18,976 nt of DNA. Origin: a virus (Duplodnaviria; Heunggongvirae; Uroviricota; Caudoviricetes). Where the stretch lies: IMG/VR virus record IMGVR_UViG_3300037189_028117, positions 1 to 18,976 of that record. One strand, given 5' to 3'. Made by a program: the position numbers and the translations under genes. This document shows positions 1 through 8,863 of the stretch, in pieces (within the stretch, counting starts at the first letter, position 1; every line of letters begins with the position of its first letter). Below the pieces are notes generated by a model, which was not told where the DNA came from, did no database searches, and saw only the letters and a program-made list of their open reading frames with translations.

Positions 1-21
1 TTATTTTTTATTGAAAAGCCA

Positions 22-261
22 ATGAAATTATTGCATTTTACTTTGTCTAGTTTTTTAGGAATACCGATTGAAGACATTATATCAAATAAAGACGGATACT
101 TAAAAGTTGAAAAGTTTTCTTCAAAAGAATCTGCTGAAAATTATCTTCAATTCATTTTAGATAATTATAAAAAACATCCATTGTGTCAAAAAGAAAGATT
201 CCGTATAATGGATTAAGAAGAATTAAATGAACTCATAATTATGAAAGAAATTATAGAATGA
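22..261 (+). pseudogene. Small hypothetical protein with in-frame TAA at 214-216; paralogue of 258-530
   Basis: ORF 22..216 stops at TAA, but the frame continues EELNELIIMKEIIE-TGA (259-261), which overlaps ATG 258 and aligns with the IIDEEELKELLLLSEVIS end of the next gene. The frame is open from base 1, so the true start may lie upstream of the window. Confidence 0.55.
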
Positions 262-530
262 AATATTATTTATTAAAAGAAAATATACAAGCAATTATTT
301 TTAAATCAACATATTATGAAAATGTATATCACTCAGTAAAATTATTTAAATTCAACAAAACAATTAATGATTCAAGATTAAAAGTTTTAGAATTTGAAAC
401 AATTGATTTGGCAAATCATTGCTTGTCTGATATTTTATTTCTTCATAGCGAAGAAATTAAAGATAATATTAAAATAATAGATGAAGAAGAATTGAAAGAA
501 TTACTTCTTTTAAGCGAAGTTATTTCTTAA
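258..530 (+). CDS. Hypothetical protein (small LKVxxF family), ends LSEVIS
   Basis: 90-aa ORF; shares the LKVxxFxxxxxAxxxLxxIL pattern with the upstream ORF. Confidence 0.75.
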   Translation: MKYYLLKENIQAIIFKSTYYENVYHSVKLFKFNKTINDSRLKVLEFETIDLANHCLSDILFLHSEEIKDNIKIIDEEELKELLLLSEVIS

Positions 531-544
531 ATAGAAAGATTAAA

Positions 545-760
545 ATGACAGAAAACATATATTATTACATGTTAGTAATAAAGCCTTATGCAAATAAATC
601 TTTATCTGCATATTTAGATAAAAACACTGGCAAAATTTTGTTGTTCAAAAACAAATTACAAGCGGAAAAGTTTCAAAGAAAATACGCTACATATGCTTAC
701 GATTGTATCTTATACAAAGAATATTTAGAATACAAAACATTAGAGGAGATTATAACATAA
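545..760 (+). CDS. Hypothetical protein, ends LEEIIT
   Basis: 71-aa ORF preceded by AGAAAG; TAATG overlap with the next gene. Confidence 0.7.
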   Translation: MTENIYYYMLVIKPYANKSLSAYLDKNTGKILLFKNKLQAEKFQRKYATYAYDCILYKEYLEYKTLEEIIT

Positions 761-1782
761 TGGCAAAATTCATTCAAAATTACAAAAATTTACATATTAT
801 GCCAGATGGGGCAAATGAAATACATGACACCCTTCCATTAGGTTCTTATGAGTTAAAATGGGATGACCGACAAAAGATTTTTTATCTTTACAAAGCAGAA
901 GAATCTAAAATACCCACAAAAATATATGGTAACCAAGAATCTATTGCAAAGAAAATTATAAAAACTTTTTTTCACAAGAATAGCAACTGCGGTGTTCTTC
1001 TAAGCGGAACAAAAGGTACTGGCAAAACAATGTTAGCAAAGCTTATTTCTAATTATTCAAAATTACCTACAATCATTATTAATGTTAACTTTTTAACTGA
1101 TGATCTTGCATCTAGCTTTTTAACATTCATTCAAGATTTAAATCAAAATTGCGTCATAATTTTTGATGAATTTGAAAAGAATTATGATAATGAATCTCAA
1201 GAAAGATTACTAACTTTGCTTGATGGTATAAGTAATTCCAATAAGTTATTTATATTCACTGTTAATAAAGAATATAAAGTATCTGAATTTCTATTAAATA
1301 GACCTGGAAGAATATTATTTCACATTAAGTATAATAAACTTGATGAAGCATCCACCATCCAATATGCCGAAGAAAGTTTAAATAATAAAGATTATTTAAA
1401 GGAAATAATTGAACTTAGAGATCTGATAGTAGATTTTAACTTCGATATGCTCAAGTCTCTTGTAGATTACTGCAATTTGCACGAAGAATCTCCTAAAGAA
1501 GCAATTAAAATATTAAATATTGGCGAGAATTCATCTCACTCATTTGTAGAGTATGAGGTTTTTAAAGATAATAATAAGTATACAGGCATTTGCGGCCCAC
1601 ACAATATTACTGGAGAAAATGGATTCTGGATAAATCATGAATTAAAAGACTCTAACTTTATAGAAGTATATGTTTCTGACAACACTATTTTTGAAACGAA
1701 GAATGGTTGGAGTTATGGAACATATAGCGGAATTAATTTTAAGTTTAGAAAAACAAAACAAACATTCAGAATGGATTTTTAA
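760..1782 (+). CDS. AAA+ ATPase (single domain)
   Basis: Walker A GTKGTGKT, Walker B IIFDE, LLDG, sensor-1 FIFTVN, arginine-finger region NRPGRI. Start moved from 703 to ATG 760 because of GAGGAG at 743-748 and the TAATG overlap. Confidence 0.9.
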   Translation: MAKFIQNYKNLHIMPDGANEIHDTLPLGSYELKWDDRQKIFYLYKAEESKIPTKIYGNQESIAKKIIKTFFHKNSNCGVLLSGTKGTGKTMLAKLISNYSKLPTIIINVNFLTDDLASSFLTFIQDLNQNCVIIFDEFEKNYDNESQERLLTLLDGISNSNKLFIFTVNKEYKVSEFLLNRPGRILFHIKYNKLDEASTIQYAEESLNNKDYLKEIIELRDLIVDFNFDMLKSLVDYCNLHEESPKEAIKILNIGENSSHSFVEYEVFKDNNKYTGICGPHNITGENGFWINHELKDSNFIEVYVSDNTIFETKNGWSYGTYSGINFKFRKTKQTFRMDF

Positions 1783-2537
1783 TGAAAATAGCTTTAGTTT
1801 CAGATGTTCATACGGAACATTACCCATCAGATATGGGAAGAAAAATTTTACAAAAAATATCAAAAACAAAAGCTGATGCTTTGGTTGTTGCCGGTGATTT
1901 ATCCACCATGCAATATATAAAATATGCTTTTAGTATTTTGTGTGATAATTTTGAAAATGTAATTTTTGTTTCTGGTAATCATGAATATTATAATTCCTCA
2001 ATTAAACAAACAAACGATATTTTGGAAGAATGTTCTGATAAACATAAAAATTTACACTGGCTAAATAATTCTTCCGTCAATATTAATGGAAAAACTTTTA
2101 TTGGAGGAACTCTTTGGTATCCAAAGCTAAAAGATGGCGAAGAACATTTCTTTAAAAGATTTAACAAATTCAATGGCAATATTGAATGGTTATGGTCAGA
2201 TTTCGAAGTTATTAAAAACTTTGAATATTGGTATTTCGAAGAACACAATAAATGTAAAGATTTTTTATTTAAAAACTTAAAAGACGGAGATATAGTTGTA
2301 TCTCACATGCTACCTACATTTAATTGTGTTCATGAAAGGTGGAAATCTTCTCTAACAAACTGTTTCTTTAACGCAAGGTGTGATGATATTTTAGAAAATA
2401 TAACTCCTTCTTACTGGTTATTTGGCCATACGCATCACAGGATGAATATAAAAGAAAATGGTTGCGTTTGCCTGTCAAACCCGGTAGGATACCCTAATGA
2501 AACCGGTGGTTATATAGAAACTATTATTGAGGTTTAG
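1782..2537 (+). CDS. Calcineurin-like metallophosphoesterase
   Basis: Motifs DVH, GD, GNHE, HM and GHTH in canonical order. Confidence 0.9.
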   Translation: MKIALVSDVHTEHYPSDMGRKILQKISKTKADALVVAGDLSTMQYIKYAFSILCDNFENVIFVSGNHEYYNSSIKQTNDILEECSDKHKNLHWLNNSSVNINGKTFIGGTLWYPKLKDGEEHFFKRFNKFNGNIEWLWSDFEVIKNFEYWYFEEHNKCKDFLFKNLKDGDIVVSHMLPTFNCVHERWKSSLTNCFFNARCDDILENITPSYWLFGHTHHRMNIKENGCVCLSNPVGYPNETGGYIETIIEV

Positions 2538-2541
2538 CTTT

Positions 2542-3052
2542 TTGAAACATACTGACAAACTAAAAGAACTTGAACTTCATCTTCAGGAGAAATATTCTGA
2601 GGATATTAGTTCTTTTTCTTTTGAATTATGGTCAGGAATATCAACTTATTATTTCTTATCAGAAGAGTTTATTGAAAAATATTCCAATCAAGTTGATTGG
2701 AGGAGGATTTGCGCAAATCAAAAATTATCTGAACAATTTATCGAAAAAATATTCAGATAAACTTAATTGGATTAGGATAAGTTTTTGTCAAGTTTTATCC
2801 GAAAGGTTTATATTAAAACATTCAGATAAAGTTAGTTGGGGAACCATTGGAATTAAACAAGAATTATCTGAAAAATTTATAGAAGAATACTCAGATAAAC
2901 TTAATTGAGAGTCTATTTCTAGATATCAAAAATTATCTAAAAAATTCATTGAAAAGCATAAAAATAAAATTAATATTCTTTGTTTAATTGATAACGAAAA
3001 CATCTCAGAAGAAACTAAACAAGAAATTAATTTATTGAAAGAAATCATATGA
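2542..3052 (+). pseudogene. Disrupted 23-aa tryptophan-repeat protein (5 repeats)
   Basis: TTG 2542 after GAGGT. One extra A in the A6 run at 2744-2749 shifts the frame (EK-YSDK). TGA at 2906-2908 sits at the conserved Trp position (KLN*ESISRYQ). The frame ends LLKEII-TGA overlapping ATG 3049. Confidence 0.85.
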
Positions 3053-3285
3053 TCAAAAAAGTTTTAAAAGAAAAATTTGAAAATGTCACAAAAATAAATG
3101 TTTTTCATATTCCGGAAATTGGAGATATTGTCTTTGATAAAGATGGAAATGAAGGTACTTGCACGGATGTTATCCATCTTTGGCATGGAAGCATTTTTCA
3201 AATATTTGATGGGGAAAAATACGGAACGTTAAATGAAGACCCCTTCAAATCAAAGGTTTTGATGGTCAAAAAAAATAATCAATAA
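3049..3285 (+). CDS. Hypothetical protein
   Basis: 78-aa ORF with an ATGA-coupled start. Confidence 0.7.
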   Translation: MIKKVLKEKFENVTKINVFHIPEIGDIVFDKDGNEGTCTDVIHLWHGSIFQIFDGEKYGTLNEDPFKSKVLMVKKNNQ

Positions 3286-3299
3286 AAAAGTATATTTAT

Positions 3300-3734
3300 G
3301 TGGATGAATTATTAGAATTATCTGATTTTTTCTTTAAAATTGCTTCAAGCCCCGAATATATGAAGCAATATATGGCAAACCGTTACCATAATGTAAGGAA
3401 TAAAATTATAAATGATCTTGGTGGGAAATGCAATAAATGCGGAATAACAAACGTACCGTTTGAAATTGATCATATAGATTCTTCAAAAAAAACATTCAGA
3501 GCAGCAGATGCTCATTCAGTTTCAGAAGAAAGATTAAATAAAGAATTACCAAATTTGCAACTTTTATGCAATCCTTGTCATAAAGAGAAAACAAAAGAAA
3601 GTTGGGATTATGGTACAAATAAACCTTCTCATGGAACATATTGGATGTATAGAAAATATAAGTGTCGGTGTAATGAATGCACTATAGCTTATAAAGAAAA
3701 GAAAAAAGAATGGAATTCTAAAGGTTTGGGTTGA
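3300..3734 (+). CDS. HNH endonuclease with C-terminal HGT-x3-Y-x4-CRCxxC motif
   Basis: LGGKCNKCG, EIDHID, NLQLLCNPCHKEKT, then HGTYWMYRKYKCRCNEC. Start is GTG 3300 or ATG 3360. Confidence 0.85.
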   Translation: MDELLELSDFFFKIASSPEYMKQYMANRYHNVRNKIINDLGGKCNKCGITNVPFEIDHIDSSKKTFRAADAHSVSEERLNKELPNLQLLCNPCHKEKTKESWDYGTNKPSHGTYWMYRKYKCRCNECTIAYKEKKKEWNSKGLG

Positions 3735-3799
3735 TTTTCCTAATTATATTAGGTTTATTGGCTTATTTCTTTTGGCCAAAACAATAAGAAAGAAAAAAT

Positions 3800-4702
3800 A
3801 TGAATTTAGGATATGCTTGCATTAATACCGAATTGCAATCTAAAGGCATTCAATGCTCTAGATGTATGATTAAAAGAACCTTTTTAGATAAAGGTATTAA
3901 TTATTGTGCCGAATTAGCTGAAAAAAATTGCGAAGATTTATTTGAAGTTGTAAAATGGAATAATAAAAACAATATAAAATTATTCAGAATTACATCCGAA
4001 TTATTTCCTTGGTGTTCTGAATATGATATAAATTCTTTACCAAATATTAATCAAATAAAATCAATATTAGAAATCGTTGGAAAAGAAGCAAATAAAGAAA
4101 ATCAAAGATTAACATTTCATCCTGGACCATTTAATGTTTTAGCTTCTCATAAAGAAGATGTGGTAAATAAGACAATTAAAGAACTGCAAGATCATGCTTT
4201 AATTATGGATTTCATTGGAATGCCGCAAAATCATTGGTCAAAGATAAATATTCATATTGGCGGAGCTTATGGGGAAAAAGAAGAAACCGCAAAGAATTTT
4301 GTTAAAAATTTTCAAAAACTAAACGAGTCTGCAAAAAAGAGACTAACTCTAGAAAACGATGATAAGAAAAATCTATATTCAGTTGATGAACTTTACAAGT
4401 ATATTTTCTCAGAATGCGGAATTCCTATTGTATATGATGCTCACCATCATGCGATAGGTTCTAACCCAAACAATCTTTCTCATGAAGAAGCTTTAAAGCT
4501 TGCCCATTCTACATGGGCAGATATTCGTCCAGTTTGCCATATGTCAAGCTCGGCTCAATTGGAGGGTAAGAAATGTCCAATACAAGCTCATTCAGATTAT
4601 ATTTTATCAAAATTTGACAATTGTGGTCTAGATTTGGATCTCATGTTGGAAGCAAAACAAAAAGAACAAGCTTTATTTGATTATTTAAAAAAATATGAAT
4701 AA
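3800..4702 (+). CDS. uvsE: UV DNA damage repair endonuclease
   Basis: LGYACIN, FRITSELFP, RLTFHPGPF, HIGG, RLTLENDD, DAHHH, HSDY and MLEAKQKE match UvsE/UVDE motifs. Confidence 0.93.
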   Translation: MNLGYACINTELQSKGIQCSRCMIKRTFLDKGINYCAELAEKNCEDLFEVVKWNNKNNIKLFRITSELFPWCSEYDINSLPNINQIKSILEIVGKEANKENQRLTFHPGPFNVLASHKEDVVNKTIKELQDHALIMDFIGMPQNHWSKINIHIGGAYGEKEETAKNFVKNFQKLNESAKKRLTLENDDKKNLYSVDELYKYIFSECGIPIVYDAHHHAIGSNPNNLSHEEALKLAHSTWADIRPVCHMSSSAQLEGKKCPIQAHSDYILSKFDNCGLDLDLMLEAKQKEQALFDYLKKYE

Positions 4703-5141
4703 ATTCAACTTAATATTTAATAGATATTCTGAAAAAGAATTGGAAGATAATGTTAATTTTTTTGATGAAAGTGATTGGTCAAGAATTTCTTGTCATCAAA
4801 AATTATCAGAACAATTCATAGAAAAACATTCAGATAAAATTCATTGGAATTCCATTTCTGCATACCAAAATTTATCTAAAGAATTTATTGAAAAATACTC
4901 TGATAAAATTTATTGGGAATTGATTTCTGAATGTCAAAATTTATCCGAAGATTTTATAGAAAAACACTCAGATAAAATTTATTGGGATTGTATCTCTTTA
5001 TCTCAAAAATTATCCGAAGAATTTATAAAAAAACATTTTAATAAAATTGATATTAATTATTTAATGAGAAATGAAAAGGTTTCTGATAAATTAAAAAACA
5101 AAATTAAAAAAGAAATTGATTTATTGAAAGAAATTATATGA
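4695..5141 (+). CDS. 23-aa tryptophan-repeat protein (4 repeats)
   Basis: Repeats of xxWxxISxxQxLSExFIEKxSDK; ends LLKEII. Confidence 0.9.
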   Translation: MNKFNLIFNRYSEKELEDNVNFFDESDWSRISCHQKLSEQFIEKHSDKIHWNSISAYQNLSKEFIEKYSDKIYWELISECQNLSEDFIEKHSDKIYWDCISLSQKLSEEFIKKHFNKIDINYLMRNEKVSDKLKNKIKKEIDLLKEII

Positions 5142-5509
5142 CGCATAATTTAAGTCTAAGTAATAAAAAATATTCAGAAGAAACTTTAGAAAAATATATT
5201 AATTCATTTACTAAATGGGATTGGTATTATATTTCTTACTGTCAGGTTTTATCTGAAAAGTTTATAGAAAAATATTCAGACAGGCTTGATTGGCGTGACA
5301 TTTCTTGGAGTCAAAAATTATCAGAAAAATTTATAGAAAAACATTCAAATAAAATTGATTGGAAAGAAATTTCTCAATATCAAAAGTTATCTGAAGAATT
5401 TATAAAAAAACATTTTGATAAAATTAATATTAAATTTTTAATGCTTAATGGTGAAATTTCTGAAAAAATTAAAAAAGAAATAAAAACTTTGAAAGAAATA
5501 ATACAATGA
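5138..5509 (+). CDS. 23-aa tryptophan-repeat protein (3 repeats)
   Basis: Same repeat; ends TLKEIIQ; close paralogue of 6928-7308. Confidence 0.9.
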   Translation: MTHNLSLSNKKYSEETLEKYINSFTKWDWYYISYCQVLSEKFIEKYSDRLDWRDISWSQKLSEKFIEKHSNKIDWKEISQYQKLSEEFIKKHFDKINIKFLMLNGEISEKIKKEIKTLKEIIQ

Positions 5510-5679
5510 ATTTAAAAGAACAAACAAAAATAAGAGAATATATAAGAAAAAATTTCAAAAACTTCTTAATTGAAGGGGAATTTGATTATGTGATAGCCGC
5601 TAAATCCGCAATCAAAGAACTTTCCCTTTCAAAAGAATTTGAAGATGATGTTTTAAACATATCCGCAGAAATTGAATAA
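5506..5679 (+). CDS. Small hypothetical protein (57 aa, MNLKEQTKIREY...SAEIE)
   Basis: Not in the ORF track. ATGA-coupled to the previous gene and fills the gap to 5682. Confidence 0.7.
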   Translation: MNLKEQTKIREYIRKNFKNFLIEGEFDYVIAAKSAIKELSLSKEFEDDVLNISAEIE

Positions 5680-5681
5680 CA

Positions 5682-6032
5682 ATGTGGTTCTATTTTAAAC
5701 CTAAAGAATACAACTCAGATAATCCAATCTTCTTAGAAGCAGATTCTATTGAAGAAGCTAAAACAATTTTAGAAGAAAAAGATATTCAAGATTTTCTTTA
5801 CTTGCAACCAGAAGAACATCTTGACATAATTTCCGCTTCAGCGTACGATAGAGGGTGCGAAACGGTTTGGTTCCTTGGGCAGTTTTCATATAAGGAAAAA
5901 CAAGGAATTTCCAACCCAAACGAATACATATCTTACCAAAATTGGATTAAAAAAGATTATGGTAAAATGATAATTCGAAAAGATTATAAGTTAATCAAAA
6001 AAGATCCAAAAGATGATGTGGGCCAAATGTAG
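5682..6032 (+). CDS. Hypothetical protein
   Basis: 116-aa ORF in the gene-dense run. Confidence 0.75.
   Translation: MWFYFKPKEYNSDNPIFLEADSIEEAKTILEEKDIQDFLYLQPEEHLDIISASAYDRGCETVWFLGQFSYKEKQGISNPNEYISYQNWIKKDYGKMIIRKDYKLIKKDPKDDVGQM
5821..5849 (+). promoter_or_regulatory. Putative sigma70-type promoter inside a CDS
   Basis: TTGACA (5821-5826), 17 nt, TACGAT (5844-5849). Confidence 0.55.
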
Positions 6033-6132
6033 GATATGTAATGATTGGTATTACATGGCTCAACCAGAAAAAGATGGAAAAATAACATGTTATACATGCA
6101 AAGAAAAAAGGAAAAATCTTGGGATTAAGTGA
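6013..6132 (+). CDS. Small zinc-ribbon-like protein (39 aa)
   Basis: MMWAKCRICNDWYYMAQPEKDGKITCYTCKEKRKNLGIK has two CxxC pairs; not in the ORF track. Confidence 0.65.
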   Translation: MMWAKCRICNDWYYMAQPEKDGKITCYTCKEKRKNLGIK

Positions 6133-6141
6133 AATATATGT

Positions 6142-6291
6142 ATGCCTCGTGAACAAATATTTCCGATATTATCTTTATTTCTATCTTTAGGAGCTTCCAT
6201 TTCATATTTTGCTCAATCAAATGTTGGGAAAGGATTATACTGGTTATTAGGAGCTGGTATAACAATTGTTGTAACATGGGTAATAAAATAA
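6142..6291 (+). CDS. Small two-TM membrane protein (49 aa)
   Basis: MPREQIFPILSLFLSLGASISYFAQSNVGKGLYWLLGAGITIVVTWVIK has two hydrophobic segments; not in the ORF track. Confidence 0.6.
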   Translation: MPREQIFPILSLFLSLGASISYFAQSNVGKGLYWLLGAGITIVVTWVIK

Positions 6292-6578
6292 TAATAAAAG
6301 TTTTCAATAAAGAGTTTGAGCTTATTGAGGATACATATACATATATTTTAGATCAAAGTTGTATTTACAATAGATCTATGTATAAAAATAAAGCTTACAC
6401 TAGGCACCATTTATCTATTGGTTCTATTGATTTGGTTACTAAATCAAATGAGAATTTGAATGAACTTTTAAATGAAGCTTCTAAAGTTTTTGAAAAGCTT
6501 ATTATAAATAAATATTTACTTATAAAAGATTTTATTCCAGAAGTTGAAAATTATATTACTTTAAAAGAAATTATATGA
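6276..6578 (+). CDS. Hypothetical protein, ends TLKEII
   Basis: 100-aa ORF with no Trp repeat but the same C-terminal/junction motif. Confidence 0.75.
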   Translation: MGNKIIIKVFNKEFELIEDTYTYILDQSCIYNRSMYKNKAYTRHHLSIGSIDLVTKSNENLNELLNEASKVFEKLIINKYLLIKDFIPEVENYITLKEII

Positions 6579-6931
6579 AAAAACATAATTTAGATTTTAT
6601 TATTAATAATAAATATTCTGAAAAAGAATTAGGGGATAATATTAATTTGTTTGATAGATTTGATTGGGGCTGGATATCAGCTTTTCAAGTATTGTCTGAA
6701 AGTTTTATTGAAAAACATATAGATAAAATTGCATTTTCAAACATTTCAGAGTGTCAAAAACTTTCAGAGCAGTTTATAGAAAAATATTCAGACAAACTTG
6801 ATTGGTGGTACATTTCTGAATTTCAGATTTTATCTGAAGAATTTATAAGAAAACATATAAATAAAATTAATATAAATTTTTTATTAGAAAACAAAAATGT
6901 TTCTTATGAAATTATGAAAGAAATTATATGA
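6575..6931 (+). CDS. 23-aa tryptophan-repeat protein (3 repeats, short tail)
   Basis: Same repeat; ends IMKEII. Confidence 0.9.
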   Translation: MKKHNLDFIINNKYSEKELGDNINLFDRFDWGWISAFQVLSESFIEKHIDKIAFSNISECQKLSEQFIEKYSDKLDWWYISEFQILSEEFIRKHINKININFLLENKNVSYEIMKEII

Positions 6932-7308
6932 AACATAATTTAAATTTAAGTAATAAAAAATATTCAGAAGAAACGTTAGAAAAATATATTAATTCATTTA
7001 ACTTTAATGATTGGTATTATATTTCTTTCTGTCAACTTTTATCTGAAGAGTTTATAGAAAAACATTCAGACAGACTTGATTGGCGTGACATTTCTTTATT
7101 TCAAAAATTATCCGAAGAATTTATAGAAAAACATTCGGATAAATTAAGTTGGATGTGGGTCTCTGAAAAACAAAAATTATCCGAAGAATTTATAAGAAAA
7201 CATATAGATAAAATTAATATTGAAGGGTTAATGGAAAACAAAAACATTTCTCAAAAATTTAAAAATAAAATTAAATTAGAAGTCTCTTTATTGAAAGAAA
7301 TTATATGA
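6928..7308 (+). CDS. 23-aa tryptophan-repeat protein (3 repeats)
   Basis: Same repeat; ends LLKEII. Confidence 0.9.
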   Translation: MKHNLNLSNKKYSEETLEKYINSFNFNDWYYISFCQLLSEEFIEKHSDRLDWRDISLFQKLSEEFIEKHSDKLSWMWVSEKQKLSEEFIRKHIDKINIEGLMENKNISQKFKNKIKLEVSLLKEII

Positions 7309-7754
7309 CACATAATTTAGATTTGATTAATAAAAAATATTCCCAAGAAGAATTAGAAGAAAGTGTTAATTTACTCAGTTGGGTTGATTGGTATCATATA
7401 TCTAGAAACCAAAAATTATCAGAATCATTCATAGAAAAATATTCAGATAAAGTTGATTGGCTTAGTATATCTTGCGATCAAAAATTATCTGAAGAATTTA
7501 TAGAGAAATATCAAGACAAACTTAGTTGGATTGATATTTCATTTTATCAAAATTTATCAGAAGAATTTATTGAAAAACATTCCGATAAAGTTTATTGGGA
7601 TCACATTTCTTTTCGCCAAAAACTTTTAGAAGAATTCATTAGAAAACATATAGATAAAATTGATATCAAACAATTAATGAAAAATAGAAAGCTTTCGAAA
7701 AATTTAAAAAACAAAATTAGAAAAGAAATTAAAGTTTTAATGGAGATTATATAA
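7305..7754 (+). CDS. 23-aa tryptophan-repeat protein (4 repeats)
   Basis: Same repeat; ends VLMEII-TAA. Confidence 0.9.
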   Translation: MTHNLDLINKKYSQEELEESVNLLSWVDWYHISRNQKLSESFIEKYSDKVDWLSISCDQKLSEEFIEKYQDKLSWIDISFYQNLSEEFIEKHSDKVYWDHISFRQKLLEEFIRKHIDKIDIKQLMKNRKLSKNLKNKIRKEIKVLMEII

Positions 7755-7762
7755 GGAGAATC

Positions 7763-8863
7763 ATGAGAAAATTAGTACATATTGAAAAAGTAAAATCATT
7801 AAAACCAATTGATGGTGCCGACTTCATTGAGTTGGCTCAGATTCTGGATTGGCAACTTATTGTAAAAAAGGGTGAATTTAAAGTTGGTGACCTTGCCGTC
7901 TATCATGAAATAGATTCTCTTTGTCCAGAAAAAGAATGTTATGAATTTTTAAGACAAAAAAAATTCAAAATAAAAACAATGAAAATGAAAGGGGAGTTAA
8001 GCCAAGGTTTAGCTTTACCACTTTCAATATTACCACCTGGCCATTATAAAGAAGGGCAAGATGTAACAGATATTCTTGGGGTATTGCATTGCGACTCAGA
8101 ATCTAGAGAGAATATGCTTTCTAGAAAAGCTCCTAGATCTAAATTTATGAAGTTTATGTTTAAATTTTCTTGGTTTAGAAAATTAAATAATTACTTTACA
8201 TTTAAAGATAAATCAGGTTGGCCAGAATTCGTACAACATACAGATGAAGAAAATATTCAAGCAATATTTTCAAAAGTTAAAAGAGATTTTGGTGATCAAA
8301 CTTTTTATGTTACAGAAAAAGTTGATTATCAATCAGCTACGTATTTTACTAGAAATGTTAAAAAATTTATTTTTGGCATTCCTGTTACAAAGAAAATATT
8401 TGGAGTATTATCTAGAAGCTTGTATAAAAAAACCGATGATGGTTCCTTATGGTGGAAAAATGCAAAGAAATTTAATATTGAACAAATTCTTAGATCTTAT
8501 GATGAAGAATTAACAATTCAAGGTGAGTCTGGAGATACAAATGTTCAAGGTAACAAGTATCAATTAAAAGAATCAAGCTTTTGGGTTTTTAATATTATTA
8601 ATAATAGAACTGGATATCATTATTCCATTGATGAAATGGAAGACTTCTGTAATAAACATGACTTAAAAATGGCACCAGTATTAGATAAGAATTTTAAACT
8701 ACCAGAGACTGTTGGAGAATTAATTGAATATAGTAGAGGAAAATCTGTTATTAACCACAAAACTGATAGGGAAGGTGTAGTTATACGTTTAATTAAAGAT
8801 GGGAAGAAACTTGTTTCTTTTAAAGTTAAAAACCCAGATTTTCTAATAAAGAATAAAGAATGA
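7763..8863 (+). CDS. RNA ligase, DRB0094-like family
   Basis: N-terminal PIDGADFIE...VKKGEFKVGDLAVYHEIDS module; nucleotidyltransferase motifs TEKVDY (I), QGE (III), REGVV (IV), FKVKN (V). SD AAGGAG upstream. Confidence 0.88.
   Translation: MRKLVHIEKVKSLKPIDGADFIELAQILDWQLIVKKGEFKVGDLAVYHEIDSLCPEKECYEFLRQKKFKIKTMKMKGELSQGLALPLSILPPGHYKEGQDVTDILGVLHCDSESRENMLSRKAPRSKFMKFMFKFSWFRKLNNYFTFKDKSGWPEFVQHTDEENIQAIFSKVKRDFGDQTFYVTEKVDYQSATYFTRNVKKFIFGIPVTKKIFGVLSRSLYKKTDDGSLWWKNAKKFNIEQILRSYDEELTIQGESGDTNVQGNKYQLKESSFWVFNIINNRTGYHYSIDEMEDFCNKHDLKMAPVLDKNFKLPETVGELIEYSRGKSVINHKTDREGVVIRLIKDGKKLVSFKVKNPDFLIKNKE

Noticed and set aside
214-2908. Genome-wide stop-codon reassignment (TGA=Trp or TAA=Glu/Gln)
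   Set aside because: TGA and TAA both terminate many intact genes at family-consistent ends (e.g. the ATGA overlaps, UvsE, helicase, ClpP); only one internal case of each was seen.
2570-2908. ORF 2570-2908 as an independent gene
   Set aside because: Its N-terminal half is out-of-frame sequence; its C-terminal half is the post-frameshift part of the 2542-3052 pseudogene.
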